Shown here: positions 16,628 through 25,103 of the stretch, in pieces | How the letters are laid out: each line of letters begins with the position of its first letter | Numbering within the stretch: the stretch's first letter is position 1 | Source: a virus | Lineage: Duplodnaviria; Caudoviricetes | Length of the DNA stretch: 27,336 bases | Direction: 5' to 3' (one strand) | IMG/VR virus record: IMGVR_UViG_3300037243_000222 | Span: 1 to 27,336 of that record | Made by a program: the position numbers and the translations under genes | Notes under the pieces: model-generated | Seen by the model: only the letters and a program-made list of their open reading frames with translations | Databases searched by the model: none | What the model was told of the DNA's origin: nothing

Positions 16628-17671
16628 ATGGCCTACCAGTTCGCCGATCCCTTCGACCATTACAACACCGCCTCGGAGATGTATGAGACGGTGGCTGGGT
16701 CGATCCTTTATTCGAGCGCCTACCGGCGTTTCGCGCCGCCCGCGGGCATGCCCGGCCAGGGCATCAAGTTCGCATCGAACGGCGCGTATGTCGCCAAAAA
16801 CCTCCAGTCAAATCAGTCCACGCTGATCATCTTCGTCGCCTTCAATTTCAATACCCTGGGCAACTCCGGGAGCGGTGGCAATCCGTTCCTCATCGTGGCC
16901 AGCAACGGTGTGCAGCAGTGCGCGCTCAACGTCACCAGTGCGGGCGCCATCCAGTTGGTGAATTTATCCGCGGGCACGGCCGTGGCCACCACCTCGACGG
17001 GAATGTTTTTCCCCGGCATCTGGTACGGCTTTGAGCTGGAGATCACCATCAGTTCGGGATCGGGAGTGTGTAAGCTGTGGGCCGGCGGAACGCAGGTGAT
17101 CAATGCCACCGGGATCAACACCTTTCGCACCACTTCGACGGTAAACCAGGTCTACCTGGGCGACATTTTCGACAATGGCCTGGGCAACAGCATGGCCGAT
17201 GACTTCCGCGTGTGGGACAACACCGGCAGCTATCAGAATGCGCCGCTGGGCACCGATCGCTATCAGGTTTCGAAGCTGGCTTCCGGCGCCGGCGGCTATT
17301 CGCAGTGGACTCCAAACGGAGCGGCGGCAAACTGGCAATGCACCAATGACAATCCGCCCAACCTGGGCACAACCAGCGTCACTTCGACGGCCGCGGGAAA
17401 CTACGATGCATACGGAATGCCGATTGCGGGCTTTACCGCGGCGCCCAGCATGGTCGTCGCGCGCAGCTATGTGAAGAAGACCGGAACCGGCACGCCCACC
17501 TTCCAAAACGGAGTGCGCTCCGGAACCACCAACGGCCTGGGCAATGTGCAGACCACGCCTTCGGGATACATCTTCTGGGATAGCTGCATCTCGCTCGATC
17601 CCAACATCAGCGGAGCTTGGACCGCCGCCACCGCCGACGCCGCGCAACATTTGAAGTATGAAGCGAGCTAA
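16628..17671 (+). CDS. Putative tail-tip accessory protein, ConA/LamG-like beta-sandwich
   Basis: WYGFELEI...DDFRVWD pattern; lies between tape measure and Dit-like gene. Confidence 0.6.
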   Translation: MAYQFADPFDHYNTASEMYETVAGSILYSSAYRRFAPPAGMPGQGIKFASNGAYVAKNLQSNQSTLIIFVAFNFNTLGNSGSGGNPFLIVASNGVQQCALNVTSAGAIQLVNLSAGTAVATTSTGMFFPGIWYGFELEITISSGSGVCKLWAGGTQVINATGINTFRTTSTVNQVYLGDIFDNGLGNSMADDFRVWDNTGSYQNAPLGTDRYQVSKLASGAGGYSQWTPNGAAANWQCTNDNPPNLGTTSVTSTAAGNYDAYGMPIAGFTAAPSMVVARSYVKKTGTGTPTFQNGVRSGTTNGLGNVQTTPSGYIFWDSCISLDPNISGAWTAATADAAQHLKYEAS

Positions 17672-17674
17672 GTT

Positions 17675-18421
17675 ATGGGGAGTCCCACACTCACCGTCAA
17701 CCAGGACGTGCTGTTCTTCGAAACCGGATTCACCGGCCAGCTCGTCGACAACCAGGACGTCTTAATTTTTGAGCTGCCCGCGCCTGCCATGAGCATTTAT
17801 CCACTTACGCCGCCGGTGATCTCCGGCATCGGCCCGAAGACGCAGACCATTGGCAGCGACAACGCCGTCGCCAAAACGGAATCGCCTTTCACCTTCAACC
17901 AGCAGATGCAGCAGTGGCCGGGGCAAAAGCTCACCATGCAGGCCACCATGCCGCCTATGTATCGCGCGCAGGGGGAACAGTGGGTGGCGTGGCTGCTGGC
18001 GCTGATGGGCGAGTGGGGCACGACGCTGTTTGGCGACTACCTGTGCGCCACGCCGCAAGGGCCGATGAGCGGAACTCCAGAGGTCAACGGGTCCAACCCC
18101 AGCGGACTGAATCAACTGAACCTGCGCGGCTGCACCTCGTCCGTGGTGGACTGGGCTTTCGCCGGCGACTGGCTCCAGGTGACGGCTGGAGTGGGCCAGC
18201 CTCAGCGGATTTATAAAATTCTGCAGAACGCCAGCACCAACGGCAGCGGCGATGTGACGCTGAAAATCTATCCCAACATTCGCGAAGCGCTCAGCGACGG
18301 CACCGCCATCGTGACCACGAACACGCAAGGTACATTCCGCCTGGTGAAGAATTCGCAGAGCTGGAAGATCGATGAGGACAAGATCTACACGATCAGTTTT
18401 CAGTTGGAGGAAGCGATTTAG
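17675..18421 (+). CDS. Distal tail (Dit)-like protein with 38-aa N-terminal extension
   Basis: SPFTFNQQ...WPGQ...MPPM...WLLALMG...GTFRL...ISFQLEEAI; synteny. Confidence 0.7.
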   Translation: MGSPTLTVNQDVLFFETGFTGQLVDNQDVLIFELPAPAMSIYPLTPPVISGIGPKTQTIGSDNAVAKTESPFTFNQQMQQWPGQKLTMQATMPPMYRAQGEQWVAWLLALMGEWGTTLFGDYLCATPQGPMSGTPEVNGSNPSGLNQLNLRGCTSSVVDWAFAGDWLQVTAGVGQPQRIYKILQNASTNGSGDVTLKIYPNIREALSDGTAIVTTNTQGTFRLVKNSQSWKIDEDKIYTISFQLEEAI

Positions 18422-18628
18422 ATGCAGCCATCAGCTCTCAGCTCTCAGCCGTCAGCTCAACCCCTCGCGCGCACCGACGCCGATTACGGCCGCGTGAATT
18501 ACGAGGCCTTTTGCCAGGCGGAGCGCGCGTTTGCGCCGGCTGGTGGGTTTCCGCGCTGGGCTTCGCTTCCCGACACGCTGAAGGAAGGCTGGATCGCCGG
18601 TGCGCTCGCCGGGCGCGCAGTGAAATGA
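18422..18628 (+). CDS. Hypothetical protein (68 aa); N-terminus encoded by family B heptamers 18425-18458
   Basis: Abuts Dit stop; ATGA overlap with next gene; cagccat cagctct cagctct cagccgt. Confidence 0.6.
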   Translation: MQPSALSSQPSAQPLARTDADYGRVNYEAFCQAERAFAPAGGFPRWASLPDTLKEGWIAGALAGRAVK

Positions 18629-18843
18629 ACTCACGGAAAAATCCCGGAGCAACTTTCTATCGGCTGATGGCTCATGCGGAGCGCGGCTTCATCGAGCTGG
18701 CTCTCGCCGCGGCGAAGTGGAATCGCACGGTGGCCGCGCTCGAACTCGGCATCAGCTACCGCGGGCTGCTCTACAAGATCGAGAAGCACGGACTGCAACC
18801 GCCCTCGCGCGACTCGGAAACCTTGAAACTTTTGCAACCTTGA
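18625..18843 (+). CDS. Stand-alone Fis/NtrC-type helix-turn-helix protein (72 aa)
   Basis: ERGFIELAL...WNRTVAALELGISYRGLLYKIEKHGL. Confidence 0.85.
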   Translation: MNSRKNPGATFYRLMAHAERGFIELALAAAKWNRTVAALELGISYRGLLYKIEKHGLQPPSRDSETLKLLQP

Positions 18844-18848
18844 AACGT
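18816..18848 (-). repeat. Family E octamer array (reverse orientation)
   Basis: ggaaacct tgaaactt ttgcaacct tgaaacgt. Confidence 0.55.
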
Positions 18849-19776
18849 GCCTAGAACCCTTTCCACGGCCGTTGCGGCGGCGGTTGCGAGCGGCGCGGTT
18901 TCGCTGGCCATTTTCGTCGTCGATGTTTTTGCCGACGACACGGTTTATGCCTACACCGGCATTGGCCCGCTCACGCCAGCGGGGCCGGCGTCGAATCCGC
19001 TCTCGACATTTCCCTATGGGCAAACCTTCACCGGCCTGGGATGGCTCCTCAAGCTCTCGAACATCCCCCAGACGCAGAAGGTGCAGGCACAGAACATCAC
19101 CCAGTCTTTGAACGGAGCCGTGGCCGCCCTGGTGCAGGAAATCGTCAACCAGGTTCGCATCACCGGCACGGCAACGATTTATCTGGGGTTCTTCGACGAC
19201 ACCGGCGCGCTCATCAAAGACCCGGTGCAGATTTTTTCTGGCGGCCTCGACGTTCCCACGCTTACCGACGATGGGAACAGTTGTGTCGCCGGCATCACCT
19301 GCGAAAATCCGCTGCTCCGTTTGAATCAGGCGCCCAACCGGCGCTTGGACGACGCCGACCAGCAGATTTACTATCCCGGCGATCTCGGCTTTTTCGCGAC
19401 GGAGTTGCTGCAAACGCAGCAACTGTTCTGGCCGGCGCCGCAAAACTCGGGCTCGCCCTATCCCGTGCAGATGACGGTCACGCCCAACGGCGCGGCCATC
19501 GCGGTGGGCGGAACACAGCAGATGACGGTGACCATGACCTACTCCGACAGCAGCACCTATTCGATTCCCGGCGGAGGCGGCGGGCCCAGCTTTGTGGCCG
19601 ACATGGCCACCACCAACCCCGCGATCGCGACGGTGGATTTAAACGGAGTGGTCACCGGAGTGGCTGAGGGCGAGTGCAGCGTGATGGTGCGCATCGTTTA
19701 CTTCACCAGCGGCGGCGGCGGCCCCGCGCCCAGCGGCCAGTACCGCGCCGCGGCGGGGATCCTGGTACATGCGTAA
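18847..19776 (+). CDS. Tail tip / hub protein (lambda L position) with C-terminal Ig-like (Big_2-type) domain
   Basis: IFSGGLD...ITCEN...DQQIYYPGDLGF; VTPNGAAIAVGGTQQM...NPAIATVDLNGVVTGVAEG. Confidence 0.7.
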   Translation: MPRTLSTAVAAAVASGAVSLAIFVVDVFADDTVYAYTGIGPLTPAGPASNPLSTFPYGQTFTGLGWLLKLSNIPQTQKVQAQNITQSLNGAVAALVQEIVNQVRITGTATIYLGFFDDTGALIKDPVQIFSGGLDVPTLTDDGNSCVAGITCENPLLRLNQAPNRRLDDADQQIYYPGDLGFFATELLQTQQLFWPAPQNSGSPYPVQMTVTPNGAAIAVGGTQQMTVTMTYSDSSTYSIPGGGGGPSFVADMATTNPAIATVDLNGVVTGVAEGECSVMVRIVYFTSGGGGPAPSGQYRAAAGILVHA

Positions 19777-19780
19777 AAAG

Positions 19781-19876
19781 CAGCAGTCAGCATTTGGCGG
19801 TCAGCGCTCAGCTAAAACCCCTTCGCGCTCGCGCTGCCGTGGCTGATTGCTGAGTGCTGAGTGCCGAATGCTGAAA
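19781..19876. repeat. Family B heptamer inverted arrays overlapping the next start codon
   Basis: cagcagt cagcatt ... cagcgct cagct ... gctgatt gctgagt gctgagt gccgaat gctgaaa. Confidence 0.85.
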
Positions 19877-20296
19877 AGACACTACGACTGGCACGTACGC
19901 CTTGACCGCATGCTGAAAAGCGCGCGCCAGGTGGACTTCGAATGGGGAAAGTTCGACTGCGCCATGCACCTGGGCAACTGCACTCGCTGCATGACGGTCG
20001 GCGAAGTGGATGTGGCAGCTGAGCACCGCGGCAAATATTCCGACGAAGCCGGCGCGATCGCAATTTTCGGAAGTGACCTGGGAGCGTTTGCCGCGACGAT
20101 CGCCGCCAGCTTCGAGATGGAGGAAGTGAAGCCCACGTTTGCGCGCCGCGGCGATGCGGTGCACGTCGATAACGGCACGACGTATGGAGCGCTGGGAATT
20201 GTGGCGCTCGACGGCCGCTTCGCCTCGTGCGTGAGCACCAAGGGCCACGTCCACGTCCCCATGCACCGCTGGAAGCGGGCGTGGAGAGTGGGATAA
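19868..20296 (+). CDS. NlpC/P60-like tail assembly protein (lambda K position)
   Basis: RHYDW..RL, FEWGKFDC, ARRGD, ALGIV, AWRVG. Confidence 0.8.
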   Translation: MLKRHYDWHVRLDRMLKSARQVDFEWGKFDCAMHLGNCTRCMTVGEVDVAAEHRGKYSDEAGAIAIFGSDLGAFAATIAASFEMEEVKPTFARRGDAVHVDNGTTYGALGIVALDGRFASCVSTKGHVHVPMHRWKRAWRVG

Positions 20297-20309
20297 AAGG
20301 CTGCTGGCT

Positions 20310-20690
20310 CTACGAGCTTCCGGGGGGACGGCTGCGTGCACGATGAAGGCCGCTCTGCGGATCAATCCCGACCGACCAGGGATCGTCATCAAGGATTCCG
20401 TAGTTATGGGTGATTGAGCGGTCGGATGGACGGAATTCACGGAGCTCGGAGGGCCATATCTTTTCGTCATCGTAAGCCTCGCAACTCCACTCCGCTCCTT
20501 GCGGAGACCGCGCCCACTCCACATAGTCCCAATCGCCGGCGTCGATAAACACCGAGATTTCCCAGCCATTGCTTAATCGGAACTCGCCATGGCAATCGGG
20601 CAAATCACAAAGGGGATTGAGAACGTGGACCTCCCCTCTCTCGATCGCGCGCAACACTTCGAGCACTTCCGCTGGAGCGAGACTGTCCAC
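20310..20690 (-). CDS. Antisense moron, hypothetical acidic protein (~126 aa)
   Basis: Fills the K-J gap; protein-like sequence GWEISVFIDAGDWDYVEWARSPQG; start uncertain. Confidence 0.6.
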   Translation of the reverse strand: MDSLAPAEVLEVLRAIERGEVHVLNPLCDLPDCHGEFRLSNGWEISVFIDAGDWDYVEWARSPQGAEWSCEAYDDEKIWPSELREFRPSDRSITHNYGILDDDPWSVGIDPQSGLHRARSRPPGSS

Positions 20691-20703
20691 GCCTCTGATT
20701 TTA

Positions 20704-20734
20704 GCTGATCGCTGAAGGCTGAGTACTGAAAGCT
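20704..20734 (-). repeat. Family B heptamer array
   Basis: gctgatc gctgaag gctgagt actgaaa gct. Confidence 0.8.
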
Positions 20735-20736
20735 TT

Positions 20737-22836
20737 ATGAGCAAAACTGTATCTGAAATCGGGCTGATCGTTGGGGGGATCGCGCTGGCTCTGGCCTCCG
20801 GACCTATCGGCATTGGCATGGTCGGCAGCCTGCAGGTCATGAATGCCATGATCGGCATTGGCGCGTCCAGCGCCCTGGCGGGCGTGGGGCTGGCTTTGCG
20901 TCCGACGCCCAAGCCTGCCGGCATCACCAACACGATCAGCTTTGCCACCGGTTCGCAGTACCGGCGTGTGGGCTATGGGCAATTTCTCACGCCGCCGCTG
21001 GAGCAACTGCTCACCTACGCCAGCTTTCCTCCCGGACAGAATCTTTCGACGACCGGGCAATATCTGCACCTGGTGGCGACGATCGCCGCGCACGAGATCA
21101 CCAGCTTCGATGCGGTGGTGATCAATGGCACGGTATATAACTTTCAAACCGATATCATCCAGCAGGAGCCGGTGGGTAACTGGGAGATCCTTCCCGGCAG
21201 CAGCGGCTCGGTGAACGATTTTTATTACGGACACATCTTCTTCGAGTTCGATGCGGGCAACGCCAACAATGCGGCGCCGCCATTCCCCAACCTCACCGCG
21301 TCGGACCCGGCCTGGACGAGTGCGTGCATGCAGCGCGGATGCGCCAAGGTGCACGTCGTGTTGCGCGCCGACGTGGGCTGGACCGCGGTCTTTCCCAGCG
21401 GGCAGATCCCCGACATTCGATTTCTGGTGACCGGCAAAAAGATTCTCGACCCGCGGGTGAACACCGCGTGGCTGGCTTCGACCAACACGCCGCACGACAG
21501 CTACATCATCGACGGCAACAGTAATATCTGGGTGCAGATGAATTCCGGCGCCACGGTGACGGGCGCGACGCGGCCGGCGTTTGAGACGAACACCATTGGG
21601 GCCACACTCACCGACAACAGTTGCAGCTGGCATTGCGCCTTCGCCCTGGGCGCGGTGTACGCGCAATTCTCGGCCACCATGCAGGGCTGGAATGGGCGCA
21701 TCGTCAACGATGGCTGGCAGCCGGGCACGGGCTATGCGGTTTATACGATCATCGAATCGCCGATCGGTTACTTCCAGATGGTCGCTTCGGGATCGGGAAA
21801 CTCGGGCGCCACGCATCCCAATTTTTCCACCGCGCTGGGCGGGACGACGGCGGATAGCGGCCTGGGCTGGGTCTGTCTCGGTCGATCGCCGAACGCTGCA
21901 AATCCATCAAACGCGGCGCTGATCGTAAACGATTATTTGCAGGACACCGACGCCGGGCTGAGCGTGGCCCCGAGCACGATCGACGAGTCGTCGGTGATCG
22001 CCGCCGCCAATGTGTGTGAAGAGCAGGTCGCTATCATTGTGGCGTCGACAGGGACGGTTTACGAAAACCTTTATGCCTGCGATGGCATGTTCGATCACTC
22101 GTCCGTCCGCGGCAATGTACTGAGCGCGCTGTGCGCCTCCATGGCCGGCTGGGTGATTCCCCCGGGCGATATGTGGCGCGTCTTTGCCGGCGCTTACGTG
22201 ACGCCCACGGTTTCGCTGGGCGATAAGGATCTGCGCGGCCCCATCAAAGGCGACTTTCGGCTCTCGGCGCGAGAAGTGGCCAACAGCATGAAAGGCACAT
22301 ACGCGCCCAGCTATTTGCCCACCAACCCTGCGGCGGCGCTGGCCCTTACGCAGGTGCCTTCGACGTGGCAGACGCAAAGCTATCCACCGTATCAGGCGAA
22401 CGGCAGCGTAGCCGGCAAACCGAATTACCTGAACACCGAAGACGGCGGCCAGGTGATCTGGCAGGATCTTAATCTCGACTTCACCAAAAGCCTGTGGATG
22501 GCGCAGCGCCTGGCCAAGATCGGGGTGATGCGCCTGCGCTTCCAGCAGACGCACACGCTGCCCTTCAAACTCACGGCGCTGGCGGCCGGCGCCGGCGACA
22601 CCTTTGAATTCACGCATACGCGCTGGGGCATCAGCAACGGAGTCTTCCAGGCGGAAAACTCCAACCTGGTTTTCGATGGCAGCGGAGGAAAAGATTCCGT
22701 GCCCGCGCTCGGCGTGGATCTGGTGGGGCGCCAGGTGGATCCCTCGATCTACACGTTCATCCCGCCCTCGAGCCCGACGAACTATGGAGAGTATTCGCCC
22801 TATGGCATCACGGGCGTGATGACCGGCGTCGAGTGA
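20737..22836 (+). CDS. Tail tip J-like protein (699 aa) with inserted two-repeat module and no long C-terminal fibre
   Basis: RRVGYG, YLHLVATIAAHEI, GKKILDPR...NAALIVNDYL, IAAANVCEE, AQRLAKI, GDTF. Confidence 0.85.
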   Translation: MSKTVSEIGLIVGGIALALASGPIGIGMVGSLQVMNAMIGIGASSALAGVGLALRPTPKPAGITNTISFATGSQYRRVGYGQFLTPPLEQLLTYASFPPGQNLSTTGQYLHLVATIAAHEITSFDAVVINGTVYNFQTDIIQQEPVGNWEILPGSSGSVNDFYYGHIFFEFDAGNANNAAPPFPNLTASDPAWTSACMQRGCAKVHVVLRADVGWTAVFPSGQIPDIRFLVTGKKILDPRVNTAWLASTNTPHDSYIIDGNSNIWVQMNSGATVTGATRPAFETNTIGATLTDNSCSWHCAFALGAVYAQFSATMQGWNGRIVNDGWQPGTGYAVYTIIESPIGYFQMVASGSGNSGATHPNFSTALGGTTADSGLGWVCLGRSPNAANPSNAALIVNDYLQDTDAGLSVAPSTIDESSVIAAANVCEEQVAIIVASTGTVYENLYACDGMFDHSSVRGNVLSALCASMAGWVIPPGDMWRVFAGAYVTPTVSLGDKDLRGPIKGDFRLSAREVANSMKGTYAPSYLPTNPAAALALTQVPSTWQTQSYPPYQANGSVAGKPNYLNTEDGGQVIWQDLNLDFTKSLWMAQRLAKIGVMRLRFQQTHTLPFKLTALAAGAGDTFEFTHTRWGISNGVFQAENSNLVFDGSGGKDSVPALGVDLVGRQVDPSIYTFIPPSSPTNYGEYSPYGITGVMTGVE

Positions 22837-22866
22837 AGTCGCGAGACGCGAGTCCTGAGTCGCGAG
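22835..22866 (+). repeat. Family C heptamer array
   Basis: gaagtcgc gagacgc gagtcct gagtcgc gag. Confidence 0.85.
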
Positions 22867-22880
22867 GAAAAGCACAGCCT

Positions 22881-23196
22881 TTTTGCCCTACACGGATCCG
22901 GAGCTCGAGGAGCTGCCGGCGGCGCGCGGCCGACGTCATCGAGGCCGGCCGCGTAGGCTAAGAATCCCGCTTGCGGCCGAGGTAGAAGTTGCGAATGCGT
23001 CCGCCATCGCGCCAGACCAGATAGACATATTTGCCAGATTTTATGCGGAGGCTGGCGTGGGCGTAGCCGGCGCGGTATCCCTCGCCGGTGCGGACGAAGA
23101 TTTCCGGCGCTTCCACTTTTACCCTACGCGGCTTGGCGATCGCACGTTTCGATTTTTTCATAACGTTTCCGGCCGATTCGAGATTGTAGGGCAAAA
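22881..23196. other. 316-bp segment bounded by perfect 12-bp inverted repeats
   Basis: TTTTGCCCTACA at 22881-22892 and TGTAGGGCAAAA at 23185-23196. Confidence 0.7.
22958..23161 (-). CDS. Small basic, putative nucleic-acid-binding protein (67 aa)
   Basis: MKKSKR...KYVYLVWRDGGRIRNFYLGRK. Confidence 0.7.
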   Translation of the reverse strand: MKKSKRAIAKPRRVKVEAPEIFVRTGEGYRAGYAHASLRIKSGKYVYLVWRDGGRIRNFYLGRKRDS

Positions 23197-23206
23197 GCAT
23201 ACCACG

Positions 23207-23270
23207 GAAGTCGCGAGCCCTGAGCCGCGAGCAAAACCTTTTTTCACCACAGAGACACGGAGGCACAGAG
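23207..23270 (+). repeat. Composite family C + family A left arm, carrying the GGAGG upstream of endolysin
   Basis: gaagtcgc gagccct gagccgc gagc aaaacctttttt caccacagag acacggag gcacagag. Confidence 0.85.
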
Positions 23271-23276
23271 AACACC

Positions 23277-23711
23277 ATGAACGATCTTTCCACGCCCGCG
23301 GCGCGGCTCGCGCTGGTTACACCCATCGCTTTGAAGTTTGGCTTGCAGCCTTCGCTCGTGGCGGCGGTGTGCGAGCAGGAGAGTGGATGGGAGCCGGGCG
23401 CGGTGCGCTTTGAGCCGGCTTTCCTGCGCCACTACATTGCCCCGCTGAACTTGCCGTTTCTCGAATCTCTCGATCGCGCGACGAGCTGGGGCTTGATGCA
23501 GATCATGGGGCAGACGGCGCGGGAGTTCGGCTTCGACGGCGATCTCCCCACACTGCGTTCGCTCGATCTCGGCGTCATCTACGGCTGCCGCAAGCTGCAG
23601 AAATGCTTCGACGTGCATCGCGACAACGAGACTTCCCTGCTCGCGTATAACGGCGGCGGCAATCCCCATTATCCCGGCCAGGTGCTGGCGCGGGTAAAGA
23701 GCTACCAATAG
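23277..23711 (+). CDS. Endolysin, SLT-type lytic transglycosylase
   Basis: LVAAVCEQESGW (catalytic Glu), SWGLMQIM, AYNGG. Confidence 0.9.
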   Translation: MNDLSTPAARLALVTPIALKFGLQPSLVAAVCEQESGWEPGAVRFEPAFLRHYIAPLNLPFLESLDRATSWGLMQIMGQTAREFGFDGDLPTLRSLDLGVIYGCRKLQKCFDVHRDNETSLLAYNGGGNPHYPGQVLARVKSYQ

Positions 23712-23778
23712 CCGCGAGCTGTGAGTCCTGAGTCGCGAGCAAAAAACCTTTCACCACAGAGACACAGAGACACGGAGG
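23711..23778 (+). repeat. Composite family C + family A left arm, carrying the holin SD
   Basis: gagtcct gagtcgc gagc aaaaaaccttt caccacagag acacagag acacggagg aaaac ATG. Confidence 0.85.
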
Positions 23779-23783
23779 AAAAC

Positions 23784-23945
23784 ATGAAGGACTGGAAAAC
23801 AACTCTTGCTGGCGTGCTCACGATCGTTGTCACGCTGGCCACCGCGGGCCTGGCTTATCTGCATGGCCAGCCCATCAACACCGCAGCAACTCTCGCCGGC
23901 GTCACCACGGGCGTGGGCCTAATCAAAGCAGCCGACTCGAAGTAG
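23784..23945 (+). CDS. Putative holin (53 aa, two hydrophobic segments)
   Basis: MKDWKTTLAG...GVGLIKAADSK; follows endolysin; GGAGG SD. Confidence 0.7.
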   Translation: MKDWKTTLAGVLTIVVTLATAGLAYLHGQPINTAATLAGVTTGVGLIKAADSK

Positions 23946-23960
23946 CCGCTGCACACGAAC

Positions 23961-24059
23961 AAGCAGGTTCCTCCACTCGCCGTCGCTGCCGCTCCGGACT
24001 TCGGTCGGAATGACACGCACTTGTTTTGGCTGAGAGCTGATAGCTGACGGCTGACGGCT
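23961..24059 (-). repeat. Family D REP-like element (23961-24015) plus family B heptamers (24029-24059)
   Basis: aagcaggttcctc...tcggaatgaca; gctgaga gctgata gctgacg gctgacg gct. Confidence 0.85.
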
Positions 24060-24064
24060 TTCCT

Positions 24065-24391
24065 ATGAACCCCTTCGACGCGATCGCAACGTTTGTCCTG
24101 GGCAGGATCAAGGACGGGATCTGGGCGCAATGGCTCAAGTTTTTATTTGAGCTGGCGTTCTCGGCCGTCGTCTCGTTTCTGTTTACGTGCGGTTCTCTGC
24201 TCGCGGCCACGCATCCGGCGACGACGGCAATCGGCGCCGGCATGGTGATGGCCGCGATCTGCATGACGACGCTGTTTCGCCGCGAACAATCGAAGCTCAC
24301 ACGGGGCATGCTGGTGGTGTTGCCCTCAGCTGAAGCCACGCAGGAGATCGCCACCGACCTGCAAACCATTCAGAAGGAGACGAAGTCATGA
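24065..24391 (+). CDS. Membrane protein in lysis cassette (two TM)
   Basis: Two hydrophobic segments; ATGA overlap with next gene. Confidence 0.7.
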   Translation: MNPFDAIATFVLGRIKDGIWAQWLKFLFELAFSAVVSFLFTCGSLLAATHPATTAIGAGMVMAAICMTTLFRREQSKLTRGMLVVLPSAEATQEIATDLQTIQKETKS

Positions 24392-24858
24392 AAACATTTT
24401 TCCATCGCATTGCCGCGTTTTTTGGCCGCTTCAAAGATGTGAAGTGGACGCAGGTGGCCAGCTCCACGCTGCGCATCGCCGGTCCGCTGGCGGAAACTCT
24501 GGTCGCACTGGTGGCCGGCGAACCCGCCGCGGCGGTGCTCACCGATGTCATCAACGAAATTCAAACCGACCTGGGCGCCGCCGCGGGCTTGCTCGCATCG
24601 GACCAGGCTGCAACGGCTGCGGGCGCGAGCCAGGTGCAAGCGCTGCTGGGCGCGGTGAAGTCGAACCTGGCGCAGTTGCTCAGCGCCGCTCAAATCAAAG
24701 ACGCGGGCACGCAGGCGAAGGTGACGGCGGTGGTCAGCGCGCTGACGGATGAAGTGGATGCGATCCTGGGATCGATTCCGAAGGCGGCAACGTCAGCATC
24801 CGCGGGCAGCACCGTCGTCGTCAACCCAACGGCCGCTTCGTCGGCGCCGGCGAAGTAA
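24388..24858 (+). CDS. Ala-rich helical hypothetical protein, possible lysis accessory
   Basis: AAGGAG SD; coupled to upstream gene. Confidence 0.7.
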   Translation: MKTFFHRIAAFFGRFKDVKWTQVASSTLRIAGPLAETLVALVAGEPAAAVLTDVINEIQTDLGAAAGLLASDQAATAAGASQVQALLGAVKSNLAQLLSAAQIKDAGTQAKVTAVVSALTDEVDAILGSIPKAATSASAGSTVVVNPTAASSAPAK

Positions 24859-24903
24859 AAGCAGGTTCCTCACCCGCGCTTCCAGCGCGCGTTCGGAATG
24901 ACA
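24857..24903 (-). repeat. Family D REP-like element
   Basis: Near-identical reverse complement of 6078-6124 and 11177-11223. Confidence 0.9.
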
Positions 24904-24905
24904 AC

Positions 24906-25103
24906 ATGCAGAAGTGTGGTGATTGCGGATCGTGGGGACACCGGGCGAAGTCGCCGCGGTGTCCTTACGCCGTCACGATCAAGCGGCAGAATCCGTTTGA
25001 CCTGGAGTTGAAGCGGCCGGACTTGAAGGAGATCGCGCCCTTCGATCCCGCACTCAGAGAAGCGACGTTGCGGACGATCTTTCTGCACGTTGCGCGCGTG
25101 TGA
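24906..25103 (+). CDS. Small zinc-knuckle-like protein (65 aa)
   Basis: CGDCGSWGHRAKSPRCP. Confidence 0.55.
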   Translation: MQKCGDCGSWGHRAKSPRCPYAVTIKRQNPFDLELKRPDLKEIAPFDPALREATLRTIFLHVARV

